DNA of 63,977 bases, the filler included, from an uncultured bacterium (GTDB taxonomy: Bacteria > CAZSTA01), in NCBI GenBank assembly GCA_964609495.1. It is 3 parts of 3 records of this genome, joined end to end, with 100 filler letters (N's around TTAATTAATTAA, not from the genome) between each part and the next. Parts side by side here need not be neighbours in the genome. Positions count along the whole stretch, not along the records: positions 28,003 to 54,415 come from CAZSTA010000027.1; 2 more parts are not named here. One strand, 5' to 3'. Every line of letters begins with the position of its first letter. Within the stretch, counting starts at the first letter, position 1. Under the pieces are notes generated by a model, which was given only the letters and a program-made list of their open reading frames with translations, did not search any database and was not told where the DNA came from. Shown here piece by piece: positions 40,786-50,004 of this stretch. The position numbers were made by a program, and so were the translations under genes.

Positions 40786-42105
40786 TTATCTATCTGGCTC
40801 CTTCTCCTTCAACTTGGACACAACGAACTTGAATTTGCCAGGTGCGCGAAATGGCACCTCTTCGACTAGATGAATACGGATATTCATCGCTTCCCCTAGT
40901 TTCCTCTTCAGGTCGGCACACAGGAAAGTCTTGACCCCATCACTGTAATCCCTAGCAGGGACCAGATACACATCCAAAGTCCGAGGCTCCTCTTGCACAA
41001 GCTGAGCTATTCGGATCCCTCTGGCAGGGTAAAACACGGAAGATAGGCCTGAGACCCATTTTCCCTCTGCGGTTAGGAGGCGATCATCAATTCTGCCGGT
41101 AATCCTCTCTACCAATGGTAATGTTCTTCCACAAGAGCAAGTCCGATCAGATTGGATCGCATAGTCCCCCGTATCATAGCGAAGCAAGGGAAATGCTTTG
41201 TTGTGAAGGCCGGTCGCCACGATTCGTCCCTCTTCACCCGGTTGAGCAGGTGTCCCATCCTCTTTGATGATCTCCACAATACCATACTCCGAGGCGATGT
41301 GATATCCTCCCTCAAGACATTGACAGATGAGAGCATTATGCTCCATTAGACCATAATTATCGCATACTGGAACTCCTGTCCAGGCTTCGATGAACCTTCG
41401 TTGGTGATCCAGAAGTGCTTCCGAGGAAGTGACTACATATTGGGGTTTTGTATCGTCTATCCCAGCCTCATCCAGGAGATGGCAGAGGGTATTGATCGCC
41501 GCGGGATGACCGCGCCACAATTTTAGGTGATACTTGCGCAAGATTGTCGCATATCTCTCGATGTTCGAGGCATCCATATTATCTGAGGATACCACAAGTC
41601 CCCGACATCTCCAATTCCATAGGTAGCCATTAGGCGCATCAAGTATGCGACTATGAATATCAAGAAATGGCTCACCCAATCGGTAACCTGTCCAGGAGAA
41701 TTGTCTCCATATACAGGTAAGCTCAAGCACGTTGATATCTATGTCCCAGTAAACACGCAGCGGGGTGCCAGTTGTCCCGCTGGTAAGGAGTTCCTGCGGT
41801 CGGTATCTCTCAAAATTGTCGGCTTTGAATTCCTCGTGATGATCAAGCAAAACATCCTTGTTAGTGATGGGAATACGCGATAGATCTTCGAGAGAAGCAA
41901 AATCGGACCGATGTAATCCAAGCTCTGCAAACAACTTGCGGTAATAAGGCACATTATCGAAGCAGTGATCCAGTAACCTGGACAGGAGCTTCCATTGCAA
42001 AGCCAGCAGTTTCTCAGGGGGGTAATACTGGCTTTTCCAAAGAATCCATCGCCAATAGAGAAGACGCCGAGGGGAAAGAAAATCCGATATTCTGAACTTA
42101 ATCAT
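40786..42105 (-). CDS. Phenylacetate-CoA ligase family (CapK-like) protein
   Basis: NVPYYR, TSGTTGTP, YGLME, LLRYDTGD, GRIDD, GKFK. Confidence 0.88.
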   Translation of the reverse strand: MIKFRISDFLSPRRLLYWRWILWKSQYYPPEKLLALQWKLLSRLLDHCFDNVPYYRKLFAELGLHRSDFASLEDLSRIPITNKDVLLDHHEEFKADNFERYRPQELLTSGTTGTPLRVYWDIDINVLELTCIWRQFSWTGYRLGEPFLDIHSRILDAPNGYLWNWRCRGLVVSSDNMDASNIERYATILRKYHLKLWRGHPAAINTLCHLLDEAGIDDTKPQYVVTSSEALLDHQRRFIEAWTGVPVCDNYGLMEHNALICQCLEGGYHIASEYGIVEIIKEDGTPAQPGEEGRIVATGLHNKAFPLLRYDTGDYAIQSDRTCSCGRTLPLVERITGRIDDRLLTAEGKWVSGLSSVFYPARGIRIAQLVQEEPRTLDVYLVPARDYSDGVKTFLCADLKRKLGEAMNIRIHLVEEVPFRAPGKFKFVVSKLKEKEPDR

Positions 42106-42159
42106 AGCATTCTCCTTTCGGCAAATCTTTTGATAATGGAGTTGGGATAATTATCTTGA

Positions 42160-44022
42160 TTACCCCTCTCTTTTCATCTCCTGCTTTGAGGGAAAGATCG
42201 TATCGTGTACTTGATTAGCTATTAAGAAGATCACCATTGGAATAGGTGTTAGGAGGACTCTACCTAAGGAGGATAAATAAGGATTTGTAGGAAGCCCTGT
42301 AATTATATGTATTGTAAAATATAGAGCTGTAACTAACACCACAAAAGTGAAGATATATATGAGTGGGGAGAGAAATGTTCTCTTCAAGTGAAATATAGTC
42401 GCTAGAAAGAAGACGAACCAGGCTATTCCCCACCTTCCACTATACAATATCTCCTCGAAAAATTTAGCCTTTATAGACGGAAACCTATCCCACTTATCAA
42501 CTATTGTTTGCAAATTCGTTAAGGTGAATCGAGTATCTTGGAGATTCATAAGCTCCTTAAAGATCTGCCAAGGTCCCATAATTGCGACTACTATAAGCAA
42601 ATACATAACGAAATAGGTTAGCCTCTTTCGAATACTACCTTTAAAATCAAAGACCAGGAACAGAGAAAGGATACCTGTAATAATCATAGCTAAAGGTAAT
42701 CCTTCATTCTTGGTCCAGCCTGCAAGTCCCGCGAAGATCGCTGAGATTATCAGGTATTTTCTATTCGCTACCTCCTTGGTCTCTTCTGATAACTCCTCGG
42801 CAGGGAAGTTCTTAAAGGAGGTATTATTAACCATTAGGAGAAAGAGGAACATCGTACTTACCGTGCAGTAGTAAGTTAGGGGGAGATCAGCAAAACCCTT
42901 ATTAGCGTGAAATAATAGCAAAGGGATACTGGACATTAAGAGGGTGTAGATGAGCGCATATTTTCTGGAATATAATCTTCTCAATCCGCAGAAGAAGATG
43001 GCTAATAGAGAGGAGAAGTATAACGGGAATATTATCTTCACCAACAGATCGTTCCAGCTTCCTAGGCATGTATATAGCCAAGTTTCGCTCAAAGGGATAA
43101 GTAGAGGATAATCCGGGTGAATGCTTATCGGATCATGGAAGTAGGAAAGGGGAAGAGCTCTCTCGGAGTAAAATATCCTCGCTTTTAATCCCCAAAAGGC
43201 GAAATCATCTGAATACCAAAGAGGGGTAATTAAAGCCATAAAAAAAGCATAGAATAGGTGAAAGATGATAATCCCGATGACAATCTTCTCCCAGAGAGCA
43301 AGAGGTTCTCTCTGAAGAAAGACTTTCCTCAATCTATCTGGAAGCCCATAAGCAACTACTCTCCGAATCTTTAAGATGAGGATCGCTAATATGCTTATAA
43401 ATAATAAGCTTCTCCCCAGAGAAACTATCCCATGAATAAATTGAATAGCGTAAAAGAGGAGAAGCACAGTCGGAAGATAGCTTGTAGCATCGTCTCTCAA
43501 TACCCTCTGGATATTGATATTGCCCGGGTAAGATATGATTAGCGAATATAATATCCAGATCGCAAGATATATTATAGTGGAGTATATTACTATGAGCAAC
43601 AGCCTAAGGTCGAAGAAGGATACTCCCCTGCCCTGCTGAAGCGAGACCATCTTAAGGAAAATTCCTAGAACCACTCCCATCGTTAGCATTATGATATTAG
43701 ACCTTATGTTAGTCGAGTCTTTGAGGAACTTGAGCGAAGCAATTAGCTCAACTCTTATCCGCTGGAAGCTTTTGCTCTTCACCAAAGCGATGAGCCATAG
43801 GAGAATACAAGGTAGAAATATATACCAGAAGCTGAAGGGGATCTTCAGCGAGGAGATTAAAAGCATCTCTAATGATATAAAACCAAGTCCTATGCCAAAG
43901 GATAAGGCTATCCTCTCGATATAGGAGCTTCTGAAATCCTTCCCTAAGATCAGAGATAGGATAGCATATCCTGTGAGTAAAGGAATAAATAATCCGATGA
44001 TTAATCTTAATGATTCTATCAT
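42160..44022 (-). CDS. GT-C fold polytopic membrane glycosyltransferase
   Basis: >12 TMs, D..FWGLKAR, HPDYPLL, ADLP, WTKNEG. Confidence 0.75.
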   Translation of the reverse strand: MIESLRLIIGLFIPLLTGYAILSLILGKDFRSSYIERIALSFGIGLGFISLEMLLISSLKIPFSFWYIFLPCILLWLIALVKSKSFQRIRVELIASLKFLKDSTNIRSNIIMLTMGVVLGIFLKMVSLQQGRGVSFFDLRLLLIVIYSTIIYLAIWILYSLIISYPGNINIQRVLRDDATSYLPTVLLLFYAIQFIHGIVSLGRSLLFISILAILILKIRRVVAYGLPDRLRKVFLQREPLALWEKIVIGIIIFHLFYAFFMALITPLWYSDDFAFWGLKARIFYSERALPLSYFHDPISIHPDYPLLIPLSETWLYTCLGSWNDLLVKIIFPLYFSSLLAIFFCGLRRLYSRKYALIYTLLMSSIPLLLFHANKGFADLPLTYYCTVSTMFLFLLMVNNTSFKNFPAEELSEETKEVANRKYLIISAIFAGLAGWTKNEGLPLAMIITGILSLFLVFDFKGSIRKRLTYFVMYLLIVVAIMGPWQIFKELMNLQDTRFTLTNLQTIVDKWDRFPSIKAKFFEEILYSGRWGIAWFVFFLATIFHLKRTFLSPLIYIFTFVVLVTALYFTIHIITGLPTNPYLSSLGRVLLTPIPMVIFLIANQVHDTIFPSKQEMKREG

Positions 44023-44063
44023 TTCTTTCCCCTATTCCTAGATGGCTCTCAAGCAACGCGGAG

Positions 44064-45362
44064 TTACTCTTTCTCCTCAGCTTTGCCGAATAGAACTATC
44101 CCCACTGGATCATCTCCTAACACCTCTAAAGCTGTTCCCGAGGGCGCTCCCTTAACTCCGATCACCGCATGAGCATATCTAAATAACCCCTTTACACTCT
44201 GGGAGGCTCCAATAGAGCGCAGAGCTTCTACCGCCTCCTCCGTCAGGCTCCCTGAGGCCTCATCCGCAACTGCGGCTATCACTACCCTCCCAGAGGGGAT
44301 CTGCTTTATAAAATTTGCCAGCTTGTGAGAAGCCTCGGCTGAACCACAGGTATCGAAGACCTTATTACCTTCCATCTCACCGCTGATACTATCTAAAACT
44401 GTAATATTATATCCCCGTCTGCTGAGAGAAACATTCATCCCTTCTAGGTATATCCTGGCATAGGAGCCATCCTCAAAACCAGCGCTTTGAACCATTATAT
44501 CTATTGGAGAAATAATCCCAGTATTCCCTATTTCCCCATCGAGCTCAATCTTGAATCCCCTCAACTTCAGGAGAGTTAATATCTCCGATAGGGAGGCTAA
44601 ACGATATAGCTTAGCATAAGGAGGAATTATCCCTAAAGAAACGATATAATTAGTCACTCTATCTTTATCTCCTGAGCTATCATCTGCAACGATCTTATCT
44701 GGATAAAGCCTCGCTTCCTCTAGGTAATTCTCCGCCAATTTATGAGCTTTCTCGATTAAAGGAGAACAGATATTTACTATCTCCCGCCACTCTGGATCAT
44801 TATGAGGATCCTCTACAACCTCCTCCATATATAAATTTTTAATCATTATATACCCAGTGTTATATCTGTAGATAACGGTATGTCCCTCCGGAAGCTTTAC
44901 CTCCCAACCTCTATAATCAGCAATTATTATATTGCTACCCTGTCTCAATTTGCGAGGATATAAATAATAATTTGCTTTGAAATAGTAATAACCTTCCGGA
45001 AAGATATAACCAATATCTATTCCTTTCGGAAGCTTTCTATCGCAAAACATTAAGAAGTCATAAAAACCCTCGGCAGTAGTAAGCCTCCTCTTGCTCTCTA
45101 AAGACAGTCCTGCCAGCCTTTGATACTCCCTAGTAATCTCAATAACTCTACTATGATCTTCCCCCACTATCAAAAGTACCCATATTACTCCTAAAAAGAG
45201 AAAAATCCTTCTAGTATCTCTTATCAACATTACCTTTGAACCTCTAAATCCATTTCTAAACCAAAGAACTAAAGATTTCAAAAGTAAAAGCGAAGTGAGG
45301 ATAAAAGTGGTGAAATAGATATTAAATAGCGTGCCATTTGCCATAGAGGTATATTCCTCCAT
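44064..45362 (-). CDS. Membrane protein with C-terminal ILEI/PANDER-like domain
   Basis: Two TMs; SAGF.DG..A.I, RGYN, FDT, AVADEAS, HAVIGVKG. Confidence 0.75.
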   Translation of the reverse strand: MEEYTSMANGTLFNIYFTTFILTSLLLLKSLVLWFRNGFRGSKVMLIRDTRRIFLFLGVIWVLLIVGEDHSRVIEITREYQRLAGLSLESKRRLTTAEGFYDFLMFCDRKLPKGIDIGYIFPEGYYYFKANYYLYPRKLRQGSNIIIADYRGWEVKLPEGHTVIYRYNTGYIMIKNLYMEEVVEDPHNDPEWREIVNICSPLIEKAHKLAENYLEEARLYPDKIVADDSSGDKDRVTNYIVSLGIIPPYAKLYRLASLSEILTLLKLRGFKIELDGEIGNTGIISPIDIMVQSAGFEDGSYARIYLEGMNVSLSRRGYNITVLDSISGEMEGNKVFDTCGSAEASHKLANFIKQIPSGRVVIAAVADEASGSLTEEAVEALRSIGASQSVKGLFRYAHAVIGVKGAPSGTALEVLGDDPVGIVLFGKAEEKE

Positions 45363-45446
45363 TTAGCTTTCAAAAAGATCGGAGGACTAGCTTTTCAAAC
45401 ACTTGTAAAATTCGCATTCATTTGAAACCCACTAGTGATAAATTAT

Positions 45447-46214
45447 TCAGAGACTTTTTACTTTCATAATCTTAGTCCTTCCTTTTAGTAAAGGGCTTTG
45501 TTTAATTCCAGTTTTATGCATAATATAACTTGTTAGCAGACATAATATATCGAGCCCATAAATAACACTATTTATAAAACTAATCGAGGAAGAATCGGGC
45601 AAATATCTAGTTGGAATTGGAACCTCCTTTATCCGAAAGCCTAGATATATAGCCTGTACTAAGATTTCCTGATCAAAGATGAAATTATTTGAATTCAGCA
45701 AAAAGGGCACAGTCTCTAAAAATTCCCTACTATATACTCGATAACCAGTATGATATTCGGATAAATTTTGTCTTAATATTATATTTTGTATTTTAGTTAA
45801 TACTTTATTACCTATATACTTCCACCAGGGCATTCCACTTGCTAAAGCACTACCTACTATAAATCTTGAGCCAAGAACAGCGTCAGCCTCATTATTTTCA
45901 ATGGGTTCGATGAGAGAAGGTATTAACGATGGATCATATTGATAATCTGGATGAAGCATTATTATAATATCTGCACCATCTTTCAGAGCCTCAGTGTAAC
46001 AAGTCTTTTGATTACCTCCGTATCCCGTATTTTTAGCATGAACAATTATTTTCAGATCAAGTTTTTTAGCTACCGCAATAGTGTCATCCTGACTTGCATC
46101 ATCTACTAAGATTATAGAATCAATCACCTGATTAGGAATATCTCTATAAGTTTTCTCGAGAGTTTTCGAAGCATTATATGCTGGCATTACTACTATAACT
46201 TTCTTCCTTGACAT
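45447..46214 (-). CDS. GT2 polyprenol-phosphate glycosyltransferase (DPM synthase-like)
   Basis: VMPAYN, VDDAS.D, GYGGNQK, HPDYQY, GSRF. Confidence 0.92.
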   Translation of the reverse strand: MSRKKVIVVMPAYNASKTLEKTYRDIPNQVIDSIILVDDASQDDTIAVAKKLDLKIIVHAKNTGYGGNQKTCYTEALKDGADIIIMLHPDYQYDPSLIPSLIEPIENNEADAVLGSRFIVGSALASGMPWWKYIGNKVLTKIQNIILRQNLSEYHTGYRVYSREFLETVPFLLNSNNFIFDQEILVQAIYLGFRIKEVPIPTRYLPDSSSISFINSVIYGLDILCLLTSYIMHKTGIKQSPLLKGRTKIMKVKSL

Positions 46215-46356
46215 CTAATTCACCTACTTTATTTGTTTATTAGCATAGACTGCCAGTTGATCCCCAAGGTCAATACATAAAATCTTATTGCTTAATCTAA
46301 ACAACATAGAAAAGCTATAGAACATAGAATACAAAAGTGAATTATAGTTACGCAGT

Positions 46357-46601
46357 TTATTCACTATACTTTCGCATTTTTTCTTCTTGACTTTCGAGAG
46401 AGGGATTAGTCTCTATAGGCTCTATCTTCAATACACCATTTGCACTCCGAAGTTGGTCAACTTTATCGATTCTCCCCACCCCTCAGTATCCTTATCAAAT
46501 TCCCATCTATTGAAATACTCAGTAGCCCAAACTTGGGATTGAAAGGAAGTGGTGAGGAGGATCAACAGCCCAATCAAGTTCCAACCACAGGGTGTCCTCA
46601 T
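46357..46601 (-). pseudogene. Frameshifted, truncated secreted-protein remnant
   Basis: ATG 46601 with AAGGGA RBS; signal-peptide-like stretch then WEFDKDTEGW; stop at 46428; alternative frame continues NGVLKIEPIETNPSLES. Confidence 0.5.
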
Positions 46602-46627
46602 AATAAATTCGTCTCCCTTATCATCTA

Positions 46628-46740
46628 GTAAGCATTAAAATGGGGATCTGACACCTCTCTCCTACCCCTCTCTCCTTCGAAGAGAGGTATCAAGGGTGAG
46701 GCTCAAGTCCCCCAAGTCCCTAATTTATAGGCATGCATCC
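46628..46740. mobile_element. MITE copy 2 (113 bp, opposite orientation) with 9-bp target duplication
   Basis: Left GTAAGCATTAAAATGGGGATC, right reverse complement GGATGCATGCCTATAAATTAGGGACTTGG; TATCATCTA on both flanks (46619-46627, 46741-46749). Confidence 0.8.
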
Positions 46741-46742
46741 TA

Positions 46743-47372
46743 TCATCTATTCTCCAAAAGCCTGATCAACTCTCGGGTCGCGCGACCTCCTATAACCGCT
46801 AGATCCTCGGCAGGTAGATAATTCCTCGCGGTAGAATCGAAGAGAACCCGAGCTTCACTGGGAAGCTCCTCATCACCGAGCCAGAGGATGTAGAGGAGAG
46901 GCAGGCGAGGTAAAACTGGAAGAAGGAAAGCATAATCCCCATAATTTGATCTTATGCCCCCTAAAATCTCTCCCGCAGATAGGAAATATTCTGGATTTTT
47001 CTCGAAAGCCTCCACGAGGGGCTTCTCCGCCCTCCGCTGAAAAGCTGAGTTATAAGTTAATCCTTCTGGGATCTGGCGATAGGTGATCCATCTGCCAGTC
47101 AGAGGAAGGCCATCGGCAGTTATGAGATAGTGAAGGGATACAAGTTTGATATCCGTCTTGGGGGGAGCATCGCTTTCGAACTCCGTCATCTCTATCTCAG
47201 GATAAGTTATACGATAGTCCTTTCCTAAACAACGTAATTTGAAGTATCCCTTATTATCGCTCTCCTTTATATATTCGACTCCACTTAGCTCAGCGACCTC
47301 TGAAGGATCACAAGCGACTAGATTTTTACGAGCTATCTCATAAGCAAGCTTATACGCATCCTCCATAGGCAT
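46743..47372 (-). CDS. DUF3786 family protein
   Basis: HYL..ADG..LTG.WI.Y.Q.P.G..Y..AF, LPRLP..W.GDEE, LFD..YL.AED. Confidence 0.8.
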   Translation of the reverse strand: MPMEDAYKLAYEIARKNLVACDPSEVAELSGVEYIKESDNKGYFKLRCLGKDYRITYPEIEMTEFESDAPPKTDIKLVSLHYLITADGLPLTGRWITYRQIPEGLTYNSAFQRRAEKPLVEAFEKNPEYFLSAGEILGGIRSNYGDYAFLLPVLPRLPLLYILWLGDEELPSEARVLFDSTARNYLPAEDLAVIGGRATRELIRLLENR

Positions 47373-47373
47373 T

Positions 47374-48345
47374 CTAGCTCTCCTCCATACCGTCGAATTT
47401 CGGACGAGGCAAGAGTCCAGCTCTCTCAACGATAGAGGGAACGATTTTCTCCCACTCCACCGCCATGATATGAATGCCTCTTACTCCTTCTATCTTCCGC
47501 ACCCGTTCGATTATCTCAAGGCATATATTCACTCCCTCCTCCCGCGCCAACTTCCGAGAGAGCTTCTTATCCTTGCCCCCTGATTTATAGGCTTGGGAGA
47601 GACGCTTCACGATGGAATCAGGCACGGTAACCCCAGCTACCTGATCTCGCATATACCGCGCCGCCGCGGGAGATCTGACTGGCATCACTCCTGCTAGGAT
47701 ATATATCCTCTCGTGTAGGCCACGCTCGCGAACCATCTCCATCCACTCTTCAAATCTATCGACGTCGAAGATCGTCTGAGTTTGGATGAAGTCAGCACCA
47801 GCCGCGATCTTCTTGGCGAGGCGGATAACGCGAAACTCAAAGGGATCAGCGAAGGGATTCGCCGCTGCTCCGAGAAACATATTGAATTCTCCCTCAAGCT
47901 CCTCCCCTTCCAAAAAAACCTTGTCATCACGCAGACTCTTCAACATATTCACTAAATTGATCGAATCGATATCGTAAACATTCTTGGATTTAGGATGATT
48001 GCCAAAGACCTGGTGATCTCCAGAGAGACAGAGAACGTTACGGATGCCCAAAGCATAAGCTCCTAGCAGATCGCTTTGTATCGCGATTCGATTTCGATCT
48101 CGACAGGTCATCTGAATAACAGGCTCTAATCCATATTTTATAACCAGCGCTCCCGCGGCGATGCTGGACATACGGACGATGGCGGTCTGGTTATCCGTGA
48201 TATTGACGGCATCAGCATAACCACGCAAAATATCGGCTTTCTTCTTTATGACCTCTTGATCTGCGCTCTTGGGCGGACCTAACTCCGCTGTAACTGCGAA
48301 CTCCCCTTGGGAGAGTATCTTCTCTAGATTAGTGCCAGCTTTCAC
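47374..48345 (-). CDS. metF: Methylenetetrahydrofolate reductase large subunit
   Basis: TAELGPPK, NITDNQ, TCRDRN, GADFIQTQ; GTG 48345 overlaps metV stop. Confidence 0.93.
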   Translation of the reverse strand: MKAGTNLEKILSQGEFAVTAELGPPKSADQEVIKKKADILRGYADAVNITDNQTAIVRMSSIAAGALVIKYGLEPVIQMTCRDRNRIAIQSDLLGAYALGIRNVLCLSGDHQVFGNHPKSKNVYDIDSINLVNMLKSLRDDKVFLEGEELEGEFNMFLGAAANPFADPFEFRVIRLAKKIAAGADFIQTQTIFDVDRFEEWMEMVRERGLHERIYILAGVMPVRSPAAARYMRDQVAGVTVPDSIVKRLSQAYKSGGKDKKLSRKLAREEGVNICLEIIERVRKIEGVRGIHIMAVEWEKIVPSIVERAGLLPRPKFDGMEES

Positions 48346-49010
48346 AGTATCATATCCTCCCTTACGATCTTTCTCGGACCTCCATCGCGACTGGTTGTCC
48401 AATCCTTAGGAGGAAGGATCTCCTCCAATTTGTAGAGCTGTCCTATAGCCTTCAGACGATCATAGATTAATTGCCAAGCGCAGTCGATATCTGGATCGAC
48501 CTCGCACTTCCCATCCTGAGAGCCTCCACAGGGACCATTCAATAAGCTCTTGGCACAGCGAGCGATCGGGCAGATCCCCCCGGTCTTATCCAAGATACAA
48601 TTCCCACAGCCAGCGCATAGTTCGACCCAGATCCCCTGCTCTCGAGGCTCGCCCATAAAACTCGTATTCAAGGCGGGATAGACGATCTTATTCGGGAAAT
48701 TCTCAACGATAGTCTGGACGCCGACTCCACAAGCCATCGAGAGCACCAGATCGGCGGCTTCGATCTGCTCTTTGACCTCTTGTAGGAACTCAACTTCGCA
48801 TTGCCGTTCCACTATTCCCTCTACGACCTCCACCTGCTTTCCTTCCTTTTTCCGCGCTAACCTGATCGCCGAGGCTAGTAACCCTACCTCCTTCTCCCCA
48901 CCAGCTAGGCATATAGCTACGCAGGAGTTACATCCTACTACAAATATCTTCTCGAAATCAGCTATCATATCTAATATCTCAGATATGGGTTTCCTTTCCC
49001 CTATTATCAA
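48342..49010 (-). CDS. metV: Methylenetetrahydrofolate reductase Fe-S/Zn subunit
   Basis: CGNC..TGGICP..RCAKSLLNGPCGG..CEV..CAW. Confidence 0.92.
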   Translation of the reverse strand: MIIGERKPISEILDMIADFEKIFVVGCNSCVAICLAGGEKEVGLLASAIRLARKKEGKQVEVVEGIVERQCEVEFLQEVKEQIEAADLVLSMACGVGVQTIVENFPNKIVYPALNTSFMGEPREQGIWVELCAGCGNCILDKTGGICPIARCAKSLLNGPCGGSQDGKCEVDPDIDCAWQLIYDRLKAIGQLYKLEEILPPKDWTTSRDGGPRKIVREDMIL

Positions 49011-49038
49011 TTTATTTCACCCTCTCTTTATTTTCCAA

Positions 49039-49929
49039 TTATTCAAGTCCTGCTGATTTCTTAGCCGCATTTACGGTATTATATAAGAGCATAGTTATCG
49101 TCATTGGTCCTACTCCTCCGGGAACCGGGGTGATATAACTTGCCTTCTCCTTGACCTCGTCGAACTTGACATCTCCTACAATGCGATAACCTCTCTTCCT
49201 CGTTGCATCCTCGACTCGATTCACGCCGACATCGATCACGACGGCTCCCTCTTTTACCATATCCGCGGTGATGAACTCCGCTCGTCCTATAGCCGCGATG
49301 AGGATATCAGCTTGTCTAGTATGAGCCGCTAAATTCTTCGTGCGCGAGTGACAGACGGTAACTGTCGAATTAGCACCCGGTTTCTTTTGCATAAGGATCA
49401 TCGCCACTGGCTTGCCCACGATGTTGCTTCTTCCCACTACGACTACATCCTTACCCTCAGGATCGATCCCGCTTCTTATGAGAAGTTGTTGAACGCCAAA
49501 GGGAGTGCAAGGCAGAAATTCTGGCTCTCCGATCATCAACTTCCCTACATTGACCGGATGGAAGCCATCAACATCCTTAGAAGGCAGGATAGCATTCAAT
49601 ATCTTGCTTTCATCGATATGATCTGGTAGGGGAAGCTGAACTAAGATGCCATGGATCTTATCATCCTCGTTCAATTCCTTTATAAGATCTAAAACTTCCT
49701 CCTCCTTACAATCTGCTGGGAGGCGATATTCCTTAGAGTAGATGCCTATCTCATCACAGGCTCTGCCCTTGGCTCTGACGTAAGACATCGAAGCTGGATT
49801 CTCCCCAGCTAAGATCACCGCAAGGCCAGGGGTGAGGTTATGTTCAGCTCTTAACCTCTCTATCTCCTGCTTCATCTCCTCTCGCATAGTTGCTGCGACT
49901 TCCTTTCCCCTGATTATCTGTGCAGTCAC
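49039..49929 (-). CDS. folD: Methylene-THF dehydrogenase/cyclohydrolase
   Basis: YVRAK, GILVQLPLP, KDVDGFHP, PCTP, GRSNIVGKP, PVPGGVGPMT. Confidence 0.96.
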   Translation of the reverse strand: MTAQIIRGKEVAATMREEMKQEIERLRAEHNLTPGLAVILAGENPASMSYVRAKGRACDEIGIYSKEYRLPADCKEEEVLDLIKELNEDDKIHGILVQLPLPDHIDESKILNAILPSKDVDGFHPVNVGKLMIGEPEFLPCTPFGVQQLLIRSGIDPEGKDVVVVGRSNIVGKPVAMILMQKKPGANSTVTVCHSRTKNLAAHTRQADILIAAIGRAEFITADMVKEGAVVIDVGVNRVEDATRKRGYRIVGDVKFDEVKEKASYITPVPGGVGPMTITMLLYNTVNAAKKSAGLE

Positions 49930-49968
49930 TGTTGATCTCCTTCCTTAATATTTTAATTCTTAGCCAGA

Positions 49969-49997
49969 AGTATATAGCATATCTCCTGTTTTGTCAA
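49969..49997 (-). promoter_or_regulatory. Promoter of folD-metV-metF-DUF3786
   Basis: Minus strand TTGACA-17 nt-TATACT. Confidence 0.75.
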
Positions 49998-50004
49998 TAT
50001 GAGA

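Noticed and set aside
40196-40873. Long antisense ORFs (also 28379-28984, 50494-51039, 21743-22249, 12156-12644)
   Set aside because: Shadows of well-supported genes on the opposite strand with no motifs.
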